A DNA stretch of 64,000 bases, taken from the NCBI GenBank assembly GCA_963801355.1, contig CAWDEM010000004.1, forward strand, positions 192,001-256,000. The letters are read 5' to 3'. Position 1 is the stretch's first letter; the number at the start of each line of letters is the position of its first letter. Below the pieces are notes generated by a model. The model was not told the DNA's origin. It saw only the letters and a program-made list of their open reading frames with translations, and ran no database searches. Below, piece after piece: positions 1 through 9,060 of this stretch. The DNA comes from Ignavibacteriota bacterium. GTDB taxonomy: Bacteria > Bacteroidota > Ignavibacteria > UBA10030 > UBA6906. The position numbers and the translations under genes were made by a program.

Positions 1-2
1 CA

Positions 3-437
3 GAGCATATGTTCTATGTGGATGCCGGAGGCATGCTGATGCCGGTCATCCGGTCGGAAGACGCTTTCGATCTTCCGGTGATTACAGGCGTTGAAGAAAT
101 CCAATCGTGCGCAAGCGGGAAACAGCTCACACACCCGGCAATCCGGGAGGCGGTGCTTCTGGTGATGGCCGCCCGGCAGCTTCATGACGGGCTGTACCGG
201 CGGATTTCCGAGGTGCATGTCGATGACTCGGGAGACCTCCTGATGTACACCGCTGACACCGGTGTACCCGTCGTCGTCGGCCGCGGCGACATCACGACAA
301 AGCTTGAAAAATTCGAGGCGTTCTGGAACGCCGTTGTGACCAACCGGGGTGCGCAGACCCTCGCGTCGGTCGATCTTCGCTTTGCAGATCAAGTAGTGGT
401 ACGCTGGACGAAGAGTAGCGAACAGATGGCGAACTGA
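3..437 (+). CDS. ftsQ: Cell division protein FtsQ/DivIB, C-terminal part (5'-truncated by window)
   Basis: LPVITG and VDLRFADQVVVR motifs typical of the FtsQ C-terminal domain; directly upstream of ftsA. Confidence 0.88.
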   Translation, partial: EHMFYVDAGGMLMPVIRSEDAFDLPVITGVEEIQSCASGKQLTHPAIREAVLLVMAARQLHDGLYRRISEVHVDDSGDLLMYTADTGVPVVVGRGDITTKLEKFEAFWNAVVTNRGAQTLASVDLRFADQVVVRWTKSSEQMAN

Positions 438-461
438 CTGATGTCACCGGAAGGACATTCT

Positions 462-1700
462 ATGGACAACATTATTGTAGGCCTCGATATCGGCACCACA
501 AAAGTGTGTGCGGTCGTCGCCGGCACAGACGAACACGGACGCATCAACATCCTTGGCGTGGGACGGTCGGTCTGCGAAGGAATGACCCGCGGCGTGGTGA
601 CGCATATCGATCGTACCACCGCGGCCATCAGCACTGCCATCAGTGAGGCACAGGCCTCCTCGGGCGTTGCCATCCGTTCTGTGATCGTCGGTATCGCGGG
701 TGACCACATCCAGAGCTTTCAAAGCCGTGGGGTGATCGGCATCAGCGGCGCGGAACACGAAGTGACGAACGCCGATATCGATCGCCTCATTGAAGACACC
801 AAACGCGTGGCCCTGCCGTCGGACCGGAAAATCATTCATGTCATCCCCCAGGAGTTCATTATCGACGGACAGGATGGCGTGTACGATCCCCTCGGCATGG
901 CGGGCGTGCGGATGGAAGCCAATGTGCATATCATCACCGGGCTGGTCAGTGCGTCGCAAAATATCTATAAATGCGTGCAGCGCGCGGGCCTTGAAATCAG
1001 CGATATGGTACTCGAGCCGCTGGCATCCAGCTACGCCGTCCTGGACGATGAAGAAAAAGAAGTGGGGATCGCTCTCCTGGATATCGGCGGGGGCACCACC
1101 GATCTGGCGGTGTTCGAAGAACGGACGATCCGGCATACGGCGGTCATCGGGGTCGCAGGAAAGAAAGTCACGGATGACATACGCAAGGGGCTTGGAATTC
1201 TTACAGAGCAAGCCGAGCGCATCAAGAAGGACCATGGCTGTGCATACGTCCCCGCCGTCGTGGACAATGAACCCATCGTGCTTCCCGGTGTGGGCGGGCG
1301 GGATCCGATCAGCATTGACAAGCGTGTTCTCGCGCAGATCATCCAGCCCCGGATGGAGGAAATTCTGGAAATCGCTGCCATTGAAATCAAACGCTCCGGG
1401 TACAGCAAACATCTGGCGGGAGGAGTGGTGCTGACAGGCGGGGGCGCACTCATCAAAGGCACAAGCGAATTGGCGCATATGGTGCTGGGCATGCCCGTGA
1501 AGATCGGCATTCCCAGCGGCTTCTCCGGGGGTCTCGTCCGCGAAATAGAGAACCCGGCGTATGCCACGGCAGTCGGTTTGATCTACCATGGTTTGAAACA
1601 TCGCCCGTCCGCAGCCTCAACCGGATCGGGACGAAGCAGGAAAGAAAACAACCTGGGCGTCTGGGTGCGCAAGGTGCGCGAGTTTTTTGATGCCCTGTAA
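462..1700 (+). CDS. ftsA: Cell division protein FtsA
   Basis: GLDIGTTKV, DIGGGTTD and GGVVLTGGG actin-fold motifs; ATG 462 preceded by AAGGA. Confidence 0.97.
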   Translation: MDNIIVGLDIGTTKVCAVVAGTDEHGRINILGVGRSVCEGMTRGVVTHIDRTTAAISTAISEAQASSGVAIRSVIVGIAGDHIQSFQSRGVIGISGAEHEVTNADIDRLIEDTKRVALPSDRKIIHVIPQEFIIDGQDGVYDPLGMAGVRMEANVHIITGLVSASQNIYKCVQRAGLEISDMVLEPLASSYAVLDDEEKEVGIALLDIGGGTTDLAVFEERTIRHTAVIGVAGKKVTDDIRKGLGILTEQAERIKKDHGCAYVPAVVDNEPIVLPGVGGRDPISIDKRVLAQIIQPRMEEILEIAAIEIKRSGYSKHLAGGVVLTGGGALIKGTSELAHMVLGMPVKIGIPSGFSGGLVREIENPAYATAVGLIYHGLKHRPSAASTGSGRSRKENNLGVWVRKVREFFDAL

Positions 1701-1739
1701 CCACGAGTGTAACTTATAAACCCAAAGGAGGAACAACCT

Positions 1740-2924
1740 GTGATCGAACTGGACAATGGATTCGATCGTGGAGCAAAAATCCGCGTGGTCGGTGTAGGCG
1801 GCGGTGGCGGCAACGCCGTCAACAGTATGATCAAGAAAGGGTTGCACGGTGTGGACTTCTTCGCGGTCAACACCGATGTCCAGGCCCTGCAAAGGAACCA
1901 GGCACCGAACAAGATACAAATCGGCAAGAACCTAACCCACGGTCTGGGTGCGGGCGCCGATCCGACGATCGGGTACCGCGCGGTGGAGGAAGACCGCGAA
2001 GAGATCGCCCGCGCCTTGACCGGGAGCGATATGGTATTTGTGACCGCCGGCATGGGAGGCGGCACGGGAACCGGCGGAGCCCCGCTCGTGAGCAACATCG
2101 CGAAGAGCCTGGGTGCTCTGGTCGTGGGTATTGTCACCCGCCCCTTCCAGTGCGAAGGCAAGAAACGTACGGGACAGGCCGATCAGGGCATTGACGAGTT
2201 GCGCAAGCAGGTGGACACCCTCATCGTCATCCCGAATCAGAAACTGTTGTCGATCGTAGAACGCCGCACGCCGCTGACCGAAGCATTTGACATTGCCAAC
2301 AGCGTGCTGTACGGCGCCACACGCGGCATCTCGGAACTCATTACGGTTCCCGGCTTGATCAATGTGGACTTCGCCGATGTCCGGACCATCATGCGGGAGA
2401 TGGGTGATGCCGTCATGGGCACAGGAGAGGCCACGGGAGAAAACCGGGCAACGGAAGCCGCACATATGGCGATCTCCAGCCCGCTCCTGGATGATGTTTC
2501 CATCAGCGGTGCCCGGGGTGTTCTGGTGAATATCACCGGCGGACCATCGATGGCACTGTATGAGATCGATGAAGCGACCGAGATTATTCACAGCGCCGCC
2601 GGCGATGAGGCAAACGTGATCCTGGGTGCGGTCATTGACGATCAGCTCACGGAAGAGATTATTGTCACCGTCATTGCCACGGGTTTCAATCAGCACGTGC
2701 CGCTGGCGAGTGCGGTGCATCCCGTCGCGCAGAAGTCGGTGCGCCCGATCGAAAGGGTTCCGACAGGTGCAGATGACCTGCAGCTCCTCGATGTTCCGGC
2801 CTACAAGCGGCGCGGCATCGAATTGAACATTGCGGGAAGCCGTACCGAGCAGGATCCACCGAAAGAGAGAATCGACAAGAGCGATCGGGAAAAGCCGGCG
2901 TTTCTCCGTAAAGTCATGGACTGA
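1740..2924 (+). CDS. ftsZ: Cell division protein FtsZ
   Basis: GVGGGGGNAV, GMGGGTGTG tubulin signature, INVDFAD, C-terminal PAFLRK; GTG start with AAGGAGG SD. Confidence 0.99.
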   Translation: MIELDNGFDRGAKIRVVGVGGGGGNAVNSMIKKGLHGVDFFAVNTDVQALQRNQAPNKIQIGKNLTHGLGAGADPTIGYRAVEEDREEIARALTGSDMVFVTAGMGGGTGTGGAPLVSNIAKSLGALVVGIVTRPFQCEGKKRTGQADQGIDELRKQVDTLIVIPNQKLLSIVERRTPLTEAFDIANSVLYGATRGISELITVPGLINVDFADVRTIMREMGDAVMGTGEATGENRATEAAHMAISSPLLDDVSISGARGVLVNITGGPSMALYEIDEATEIIHSAAGDEANVILGAVIDDQLTEEIIVTVIATGFNQHVPLASAVHPVAQKSVRPIERVPTGADDLQLLDVPAYKRRGIELNIAGSRTEQDPPKERIDKSDREKPAFLRKVMD

Positions 2925-2943
2925 GCAGTGATGATCCACGGAC

Positions 2944-2979
2944 GTGACACTCACCTGCGCCCACGCAGGTGAGTGTCAC
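2944..2979. repeat. Perfect 16-bp inverted repeat (hairpin) after ftsZ; possible terminator or REP-like element
   Basis: GTGACACTCACCTGCG-ccca-CGCAGGTGAGTGTCAC; no U-tract directly after it. Confidence 0.85.
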
Positions 2980-3046
2980 CTCACGTCTCCACGTCACCTC
3001 ACGGCTTTACGTCGCATTGCGTTTCTACGTAACCTTCCGTCTCTTC
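2975..3046. repeat. Degenerate 4 x 18-bp tandem repeat
   Basis: gtcacctcacgtctccac / gtcacctcacggctttac / gtcgcattgcgtttctac / gtaaccttccgtctcttc. Confidence 0.7.
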
Positions 3047-3049
3047 CGG

Positions 3050-3078
3050 TTGCTTCTTCCTCCCGACTTTTCTACTTT
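3050..3078 (+). promoter_or_regulatory. Putative sigma70 promoter of the DUF4159 gene (probably leaderless)
   Basis: TTGCTT-17 nt-TACTTT, ATG 5 nt downstream, no SD. Confidence 0.55.
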
Positions 3079-3083
3079 TCCTC

Positions 3084-3758
3084 ATGATTCGCACGCTATT
3101 TTTCTGTGTTCTCCTCTTCTGTTGTGCCGCCGAGGTGGTGCAGACCCAGACGGGAACGCCCGCCAGCGCCGTCCGCATCGGCCGCGTGAAGTACGCCGGG
3201 GGAGGCGATTGGTACAACGACCCGTCCGCCGAGGTGAACCTCCTCGCGTTCGTGCGTCAGCACGCGGGTATCGATGTCGATCCGACATACACGCCGGTGG
3301 ACATCGGCAGCGAGCAGATCTTTTCGTTTCCGATCCTGTTCATGACGGGACACGGAAATATTGCGTTGACCGGGAAGGACCTGGAGAACCTGCGCACGTA
3401 CCTGCAAAACGGAGGGTTCCTCTACGCCGACGACGACTACGGCATGGACAAATCCTTCCGGCGTGAACTCCACCGCGCGTTTCCGGACCGGGATCTTGTG
3501 GAACTCCCATTCTCGTTCGGGCTCTATCACACGCCGTTCTCCTTCTCTGCGGGCCCTCCGAAAACCCATAAGCACGATGAACACCCCCCCCGTGCCTACG
3601 GCCTGTTCCATGAAGGACGCCTGATTGTGCTGTATACGTATGAGAGCAATCCCTCGGACGGGTGGGCGGATCCCGAAGTGCACGGCGACCCGCCCGACAA
3701 ACGGGAAGAGGCGCTCCGATTCGGCATGAACATTATCATGTGGGCCCTGACCCATTGA
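3084..3758 (+). CDS. DUF4159 domain-containing exported protein
   Basis: Signal peptide; KYAGGGDWY, FPILFMTGHG, YLQNGGFLYADDDYG, DGWAD and ALRFGMNI motifs. Confidence 0.85.
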   Translation: MIRTLFFCVLLFCCAAEVVQTQTGTPASAVRIGRVKYAGGGDWYNDPSAEVNLLAFVRQHAGIDVDPTYTPVDIGSEQIFSFPILFMTGHGNIALTGKDLENLRTYLQNGGFLYADDDYGMDKSFRRELHRAFPDRDLVELPFSFGLYHTPFSFSAGPPKTHKHDEHPPRAYGLFHEGRLIVLYTYESNPSDGWADPEVHGDPPDKREEALRFGMNIIMWALTH

Positions 3759-3774
3759 GGTGCTGACACACCAC

Positions 3775-6700
3775 ATGTCTACCGGTATCAATAGCATTCT
3801 GAGCCGATTTGCCGATGTTCGCCGTCGGGACAATGGCGTGCGATCCATCAGCGGGCTGCTGTTTGCCCTTGCGCTCATCATTGCCGCGATCGTGGTCCTG
3901 CTCGGCGTCGAGGCGCTGTTCTGGCTCGATGTGACATCACGCACCGTCATTGCGGTGGTAGTGCTGGCCGGCGGTATCGGTCTCATCCTCTGGCTGGCCG
4001 GCATCCCGTTCGCCCGCCGTCTTGGCATTCTCCGTTCTGAGACAGATCTCGTGACGGCCGGCCGGATCGGCCGTGTCTTCCCCGAAATTCACGACCGCCT
4101 GCTCAACATCGTTCAATTGGAGCAACAAAAAGCATCAGCGTCCGCTTACTACTCCACAGAACTCATCGATGCAGCTCTGGAAGACACACAAAGGGATGTG
4201 GCGTCCGTGGACTTTTCGGCGATTATTGATCGCGGTCCGCTCCGGACGGCACGCCGTCTCCTGCTGGCGGGGATTGTGCTGGCGGCTCTCGTAGCAGCCA
4301 TTCTGCCGCTGGACATCAGCCAGGCGGGGTATCGTCTTGTGCATTTCCGGCAGTCATTCTCCCCGCCGGCGACGCTCGTCCTGCACGTCGAACCCGGGAA
4401 CCGTGACGTCGTAAAAGGGGAATCGATTGACGTCATTGTGCGCGCGCTGGGAACGGTGCATGCGCCGGTTGAAGCCCTGCTGCGCCCCGAAGGCCAGGTG
4501 ACGACCGACGTCCACACCCTTGCGGCGCGGGCCGACGGAACCTATCACTACCGTCTGGAGGGAGTCCGCCTGTCGACATCCTATTGGATTCGCTCGGGTG
4601 ATGTCAGGACCGACGAATATCTCCTCCGGGTGCTCGACCGGCCTTCCATCGTGGCGCTCCAGGTCCGGCTGACATATCCCCGGTACACCGGCCTTCCGCC
4701 GAAGGAACTCGATGAAAACATCGGCGATGTCACCGCGCCAGCCGGGAGCATCATGCGGGTCATGCTGCGATCCAGCAAGACGGTAGCCGGCGCAACGGTG
4801 TGGTTTGACGACAGTACACATGTCGCATTGACGAGTGATGCGAAGAGCGCTCAGGGGACGCTGATGCTGCGCGCCGACCGGAAGTACCATCTCGACATCG
4901 TGGACACGGAGGGGCTCCACAATGCGGATCCGATAGAATACGCAATCCGCGTCATTCCCGACGCGCCTCCGTCCATCACCATTGTCACGCCCGGCGTGAA
5001 TCTGAATGTCGCAGGCAACGAACGGTTGCCGATGGTGTTTCGCATCACCGATGATTACGGCATCTCGCATCTCCGCCTTGCACACAGGCTTGTGCATTCA
5101 CGCTACGAACCGGCCGCGGAGGATTTCACCGTGGTGGAAGTACCCTTCGCACCGGGACCTGGAAACGAATGGATCGCGCCGTTCGCGTGGGAGCTTTCCT
5201 CGCTTCACCTCTCGCCCGAAGATGTTGTCGAGTATCATGCGGAAGTACTTGACAACGACGCCGTGTCCGGACCAAAGGCTGCTGTCAGCGGCACCTATAC
5301 GCTCCGGCTCCCGTCCCTTGATGAAGTGTTTGCCGAAGCCGAAAAGGGGCACGAGGCGGCGGAAGGCGATCTTGACAAGGCATTGAAGCAAGCGGAGGAT
5401 GCCCGCAAGGAACTTGAAGAGCTGACACGCCAGGTAAAGAGGCAACAGCAAAAACTGAACTGGAACGAGCAGAAGAAAGCGGAGGAACTTGCCAGACGCT
5501 ACGAGGAGATCCGCAAGAAAGTCGACGACGTGCAGCGTACGGTCGACAGCATGCTGGAGGAGATGCAAAAGAACAACGTGCTCTCGCCCGAAACGATGGA
5601 GAAGTATCAGGAGCTCCAGCAGCTGATGGAGCAGATTTCCTCTCCGGAGTTTGCCGAAGCGCTCAAACGGTTGCAGCAGAACATGCAGCAGATGACTCCG
5701 GAGGCGCTCAAACAGGCGCTCGAGAAGTTCCAGTTCTCGGAGGAACAATTCCGGAAGAGCATAGAGCGCACATTGAACCTCCTGAAGCGCATCCAGGTTG
5801 AGCTGAAAGTGGATGAGATGCTGAAGCGCACGGAGTCGATGGAGAAGGCGCAGCAAGGATTGCGTGAAGACCTGGAGCAACATCCTCCGGCGGACAAATC
5901 GGCCGCAGAGCCGAAAGCACGGGAACAAAACGATCTGCGTGACCAGGCGGCGTCCCTGAAACGGGACCTCGCGGCGTTGGAAAAGAATATGGAGGAATTC
6001 CCCGCCGAAATGCCGGTGGAGCAGATGCAGGAGCTGCAAGCACTCCTTGAGAAGAGCGGAATGGAAGCCGCCATGCAGCAGAGCACGGAGCAGATCCGGC
6101 AGGGCGACTATCAGCAGGCCATGCAGCAGCAGGAGAAATCCTCGCAGGCGTTACGTTCGCTCTCACAGGGACTCCAGCGGATGAAACGAGAGATGCTGCA
6201 AAATCAACAGCGGCAGGTAGTTCAGGAAATGCAGCGTGCGACGCAGGACCTGCTGGAGATCTCGAAGCGTGAAGAAGGGCTGAAGAACGAATCCCGCGGG
6301 CTTGATCCCTCCGCTCAACGCTTTCGGGAAAATGCCCAGCAGCAAATGGATGCGCTGCGTGATCTGGGGAATGTCACCGGCCGTCTGGGTGGGCTTTCCC
6401 AGAAGACCTTCAGCATTTCGCCGGAGATGGGCAAGACGCTCGGCGACGCAATGCGTGCCATGGCACAGGCACTTGAATCCCTCGAGCAACGGAACGGGGC
6501 CCAGGCAGCCCAGCAGCAGGGAGCCGCAATGGGCTCGTTGAACCAGGCCGCGCAACAGTTGCAGGAAGCCGCACAGGGGTTGATGCAGGGTGGCGGACAG
6601 GGCATGGGGATGGCGGGTTTCATGCAACGGCTCCAGCGGCTCTCCGGAATGCAGCAAGGCATCAACGACGCGACACAGGGCCTCAGTCCGCAGCAGGCAG

Positions 6701-7131
6701 CCGAAATGGCGCGGCTTGCCGGGGAACAGGGCATGGTGCGCAAGTCCATGGAGGAGCTTGCCCGTGAGGCCGGCCGGACAGGTGAAATGAGCAAACTCCT
6801 GGGCGATCTGAACCGCGTCGCGCAAGACATGCGGGAGGTCCAGACAGATCTTGCACAGGGCAACGTCAATTCTGAAACGCTCCACAAGCAGGAACGCATT
6901 CTCTCACGCATGCTCGATGCACAGCGCTCCATGCGCGAACGGGACTACGAGAAGCGGCGCAAGTCGGAATCCGGAACGGACGTCGCCCGCCGGAGTCCGG
7001 GCGCGCTGGATCTCTCAACACCGGAAGGCCGGAGCAAGCTCCAGCAAGACCTGCTGCGTGCGCTGGAAGAGGGATACAGCAAAGACTATGAAGAGCTCAT
7101 CCGCAAATACTTTGAAGCATTGCAGAAATAA
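3775..7131 (+). CDS. DUF4175-like membrane-anchored protein with Ig-like domains and a long Q/M-rich coiled coil
   Basis: 3 N-terminal TM segments, DDYGI motif, PSLDEVF, long coiled coil, C-terminal YEELIRKYFEAL; alternative GTG start at 3760. Confidence 0.75.
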   Translation: MSTGINSILSRFADVRRRDNGVRSISGLLFALALIIAAIVVLLGVEALFWLDVTSRTVIAVVVLAGGIGLILWLAGIPFARRLGILRSETDLVTAGRIGRVFPEIHDRLLNIVQLEQQKASASAYYSTELIDAALEDTQRDVASVDFSAIIDRGPLRTARRLLLAGIVLAALVAAILPLDISQAGYRLVHFRQSFSPPATLVLHVEPGNRDVVKGESIDVIVRALGTVHAPVEALLRPEGQVTTDVHTLAARADGTYHYRLEGVRLSTSYWIRSGDVRTDEYLLRVLDRPSIVALQVRLTYPRYTGLPPKELDENIGDVTAPAGSIMRVMLRSSKTVAGATVWFDDSTHVALTSDAKSAQGTLMLRADRKYHLDIVDTEGLHNADPIEYAIRVIPDAPPSITIVTPGVNLNVAGNERLPMVFRITDDYGISHLRLAHRLVHSRYEPAAEDFTVVEVPFAPGPGNEWIAPFAWELSSLHLSPEDVVEYHAEVLDNDAVSGPKAAVSGTYTLRLPSLDEVFAEAEKGHEAAEGDLDKALKQAEDARKELEELTRQVKRQQQKLNWNEQKKAEELARRYEEIRKKVDDVQRTVDSMLEEMQKNNVLSPETMEKYQELQQLMEQISSPEFAEALKRLQQNMQQMTPEALKQALEKFQFSEEQFRKSIERTLNLLKRIQVELKVDEMLKRTESMEKAQQGLREDLEQHPPADKSAAEPKAREQNDLRDQAASLKRDLAALEKNMEEFPAEMPVEQMQELQALLEKSGMEAAMQQSTEQIRQGDYQQAMQQQEKSSQALRSLSQGLQRMKREMLQNQQRQVVQEMQRATQDLLEISKREEGLKNESRGLDPSAQRFRENAQQQMDALRDLGNVTGRLGGLSQKTFSISPEMGKTLGDAMRAMAQALESLEQRNGAQAAQQQGAAMGSLNQAAQQLQEAAQGLMQGGGQGMGMAGFMQRLQRLSGMQQGINDATQGLSPQQAAEMARLAGEQGMVRKSMEELAREAGRTGEMSKLLGDLNRVAQDMREVQTDLAQGNVNSETLHKQERILSRMLDAQRSMRERDYEKRRKSESGTDVARRSPGALDLSTPEGRSKLQQDLLRALEEGYSKDYEELIRKYFEALQK

Positions 7132-7137
7132 CACACC

Positions 7138-8316
7138 ATGCACACCATCTCCTCGATTGCCCGCATGCTGTATAAGAACTATGCCGGCTTCCGTCTGGAT
7201 CACCAGTCGCCGGCGACCTGCGTCCACGCCGGGCTTTGTGCGGAAATGCAGCGTCTCGTCGGCGGCAGCAACGGTCTCCTCACGCAGCGGGAAATCGGCC
7301 GGTCGATAGAGGGACGCAGCATTCATCTTCTCACCGCGGGTTCCGGTCCGCTGAACATTCTGCTCTGGTCGCAAATGCACGGTGATGAATCCACCGCGAC
7401 ACTTGCGTTGCTCGACATTGCACACTTCTTCACGCGCGAAAGCCGGCTGCCCTGGGTGGCAAACATACTTCGGTCCCTCTCGGTGCACTGCATCCCCATG
7501 GTCAATCCTGATGGGGCCGAATCCCGCACGCGCTACAATGCCGTCGGCATCGACATCAACCGTGATGCCCGCACTGCTGTCTCCCCCGAGGCCAGGGCGC
7601 TGCGTCAGATCCAGCGGAGCATTGCGCCGGAGTTCGCATTCAACCTGCATGATCAGAACCTTCATTCAGCCGGTGATACAGCACGCGTTGCTGCCCTCGC
7701 ATTACTGGCGCCTCCTCCTGATGAGCAGCGATCCACCCCGCGTGTGCGGCGGCGCGCCATGCGCCTGGGTGCGCTTATCGCAAAAGCGCTCCATCCATTT
7801 GCCGGCGGACACATCACTCGGTACGATGACGCCTACGAACCGCGCGCATTCGGAGATCTCTTTCAGTCTCTGGGGAGCAGTACGCTGCTGATCGAATCGG
7901 GCCACTGGCCGCATGATCCGGAAAAAGCGACGATACGCAAGTTGAACGTCGTGGGAATTCTCACGGCTCTCTGGAGCATCGCCGGCGGTGCGTATGAAGA
8001 TGTCGACCTGGATTCCTATACCGGTCTACCCCCCAACGGCCAGCGGATGTTTGACCTGCTGATCAGGGGGGTGGAACTTCGCCATGACAGCGGGTGGTCC
8101 GGTGCGGCTGATCTCGGCGTACTGTACGAGCGTTACGGTGATCGTGCAACCATCAAGGAAATAGGGGATCTCCGGCTGTACGGCGGGCTGGAAGTGCACA
8201 CCCTGCGGAAACGTGTTCTCCCCCCGGCCTTGATGCGCGTCGAGAGCAGCATGCAACGCCGGACGCTCTATGATCTCCTGCAAATCTACCGGGCCTCACC
8301 CCCTTCCTGCGCTTGA
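7138..8316 (+). CDS. M14 family zinc carboxypeptidase
   Basis: IGRSIEGR, QMHGDES (HxxE), NPDG, DINRD, NLHDQ, LIESG motifs. Confidence 0.85.
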   Translation: MHTISSIARMLYKNYAGFRLDHQSPATCVHAGLCAEMQRLVGGSNGLLTQREIGRSIEGRSIHLLTAGSGPLNILLWSQMHGDESTATLALLDIAHFFTRESRLPWVANILRSLSVHCIPMVNPDGAESRTRYNAVGIDINRDARTAVSPEARALRQIQRSIAPEFAFNLHDQNLHSAGDTARVAALALLAPPPDEQRSTPRVRRRAMRLGALIAKALHPFAGGHITRYDDAYEPRAFGDLFQSLGSSTLLIESGHWPHDPEKATIRKLNVVGILTALWSIAGGAYEDVDLDSYTGLPPNGQRMFDLLIRGVELRHDSGWSGAADLGVLYERYGDRATIKEIGDLRLYGGLEVHTLRKRVLPPALMRVESSMQRRTLYDLLQIYRASPPSCA

Positions 8317-8341
8317 CAGTTCCCAAAGTATCGCGTATCAT
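8313..8341 (+). promoter_or_regulatory. Sigma70 promoter of the ECF sigma gene
   Basis: TTGACA-17 nt-TATCAT, near consensus. Confidence 0.75.
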
Positions 8342-8381
8342 TAATGTTCGAGAAGACACTCCCTTTTTTGTGACGGATGCC

Positions 8382-8954
8382 ATGAAGGCCGCAGGCAAGA
8401 ACACAAAGCAGCGGGAATTTGAGTCCGAGGCCCTTCCACATGCCGACATCCTCTACAACTACGCCCTCCGCATGACCGCCAACGCCGCCGACGCGGATGA
8501 TCTGGTGCAGGAAACCTTCCTCAAGGCGTTCCGGTTCTGGGAGAAATACGAAAAAGGGACGAACATCCGTGCGTGGCTGTTCCGCATCATGAAAAACTCG
8601 TACATCAACCGTTACCGGCGTGAGTCGAAAGAACCTGACACGGTAGATTACGAAGAGGTGCAGAATTTCTACAATACGATCCGCGCCGACTCGGCACCAT
8701 CCAGCGACACACAGGAGACGGCGTTCGGACAGCTCCTTGACGATGATGTCGCGACGGCGATTGTCCACCTTCCCGAGGACTTCCGCACAGTGGTCATCCT
8801 CTGCGATATTGAGGGGCTGACCTACGAGGAGATTTCAGAGTTTCTCGCCGTGCCGCTGGGCACCGTGCGTTCACGACTGCATCGTGGAAGGAGCCTCCTC
8901 CGCGTGGAGCTGCTCAATTACGCGAAAGATCGTGGGTACGCTCCAAGGGATTAA
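8382..8954 (+). CDS. ECF RNA polymerase sigma factor, SigH/SigR-like
   Basis: ADDLVQETFLKA, GTNIRAWLFRI (region 2); LTYEEIS...GTVRSRLHRGR (region 4); start placed downstream of the promoter. Confidence 0.92.
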   Translation: MKAAGKNTKQREFESEALPHADILYNYALRMTANAADADDLVQETFLKAFRFWEKYEKGTNIRAWLFRIMKNSYINRYRRESKEPDTVDYEEVQNFYNTIRADSAPSSDTQETAFGQLLDDDVATAIVHLPEDFRTVVILCDIEGLTYEEISEFLAVPLGTVRSRLHRGRSLLRVELLNYAKDRGYAPRD

Positions 8955-9002
8955 GAACGGCACGCACGGCGTGCCGGCATCCCCCGCCGATATATCGTCG
9001 AG

Positions 9003-9031
9003 TTGACAAACCGCCCCCTTTGTGGTACCTT
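9003..9031 (+). promoter_or_regulatory. Sigma70 promoter of lon-dnaX
   Basis: TTGACA-17 nt-TACCTT with extended TGn. Confidence 0.7.
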
Positions 9032-9060
9032 ATCATTCCCAATTCAGCACACGTGTTGCC

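Noticed and set aside
1696-1713. TGTAAC direct repeat between ftsA and ftsZ as an ECF promoter
   Set aside because: Neither copy is followed by a CGT-type -10 at 16-17 nt
2975-3046. Possible CRISPR array or repeat-encoded peptide (VTSRLH-VTSRLY-VALRFY-VTFRLF, ORF 2969-3466)
   Set aside because: Units are 18 bp, adjacent and without spacers, and there are no cas genes; the ORF has no SD and runs out of frame through the DUF4159 gene
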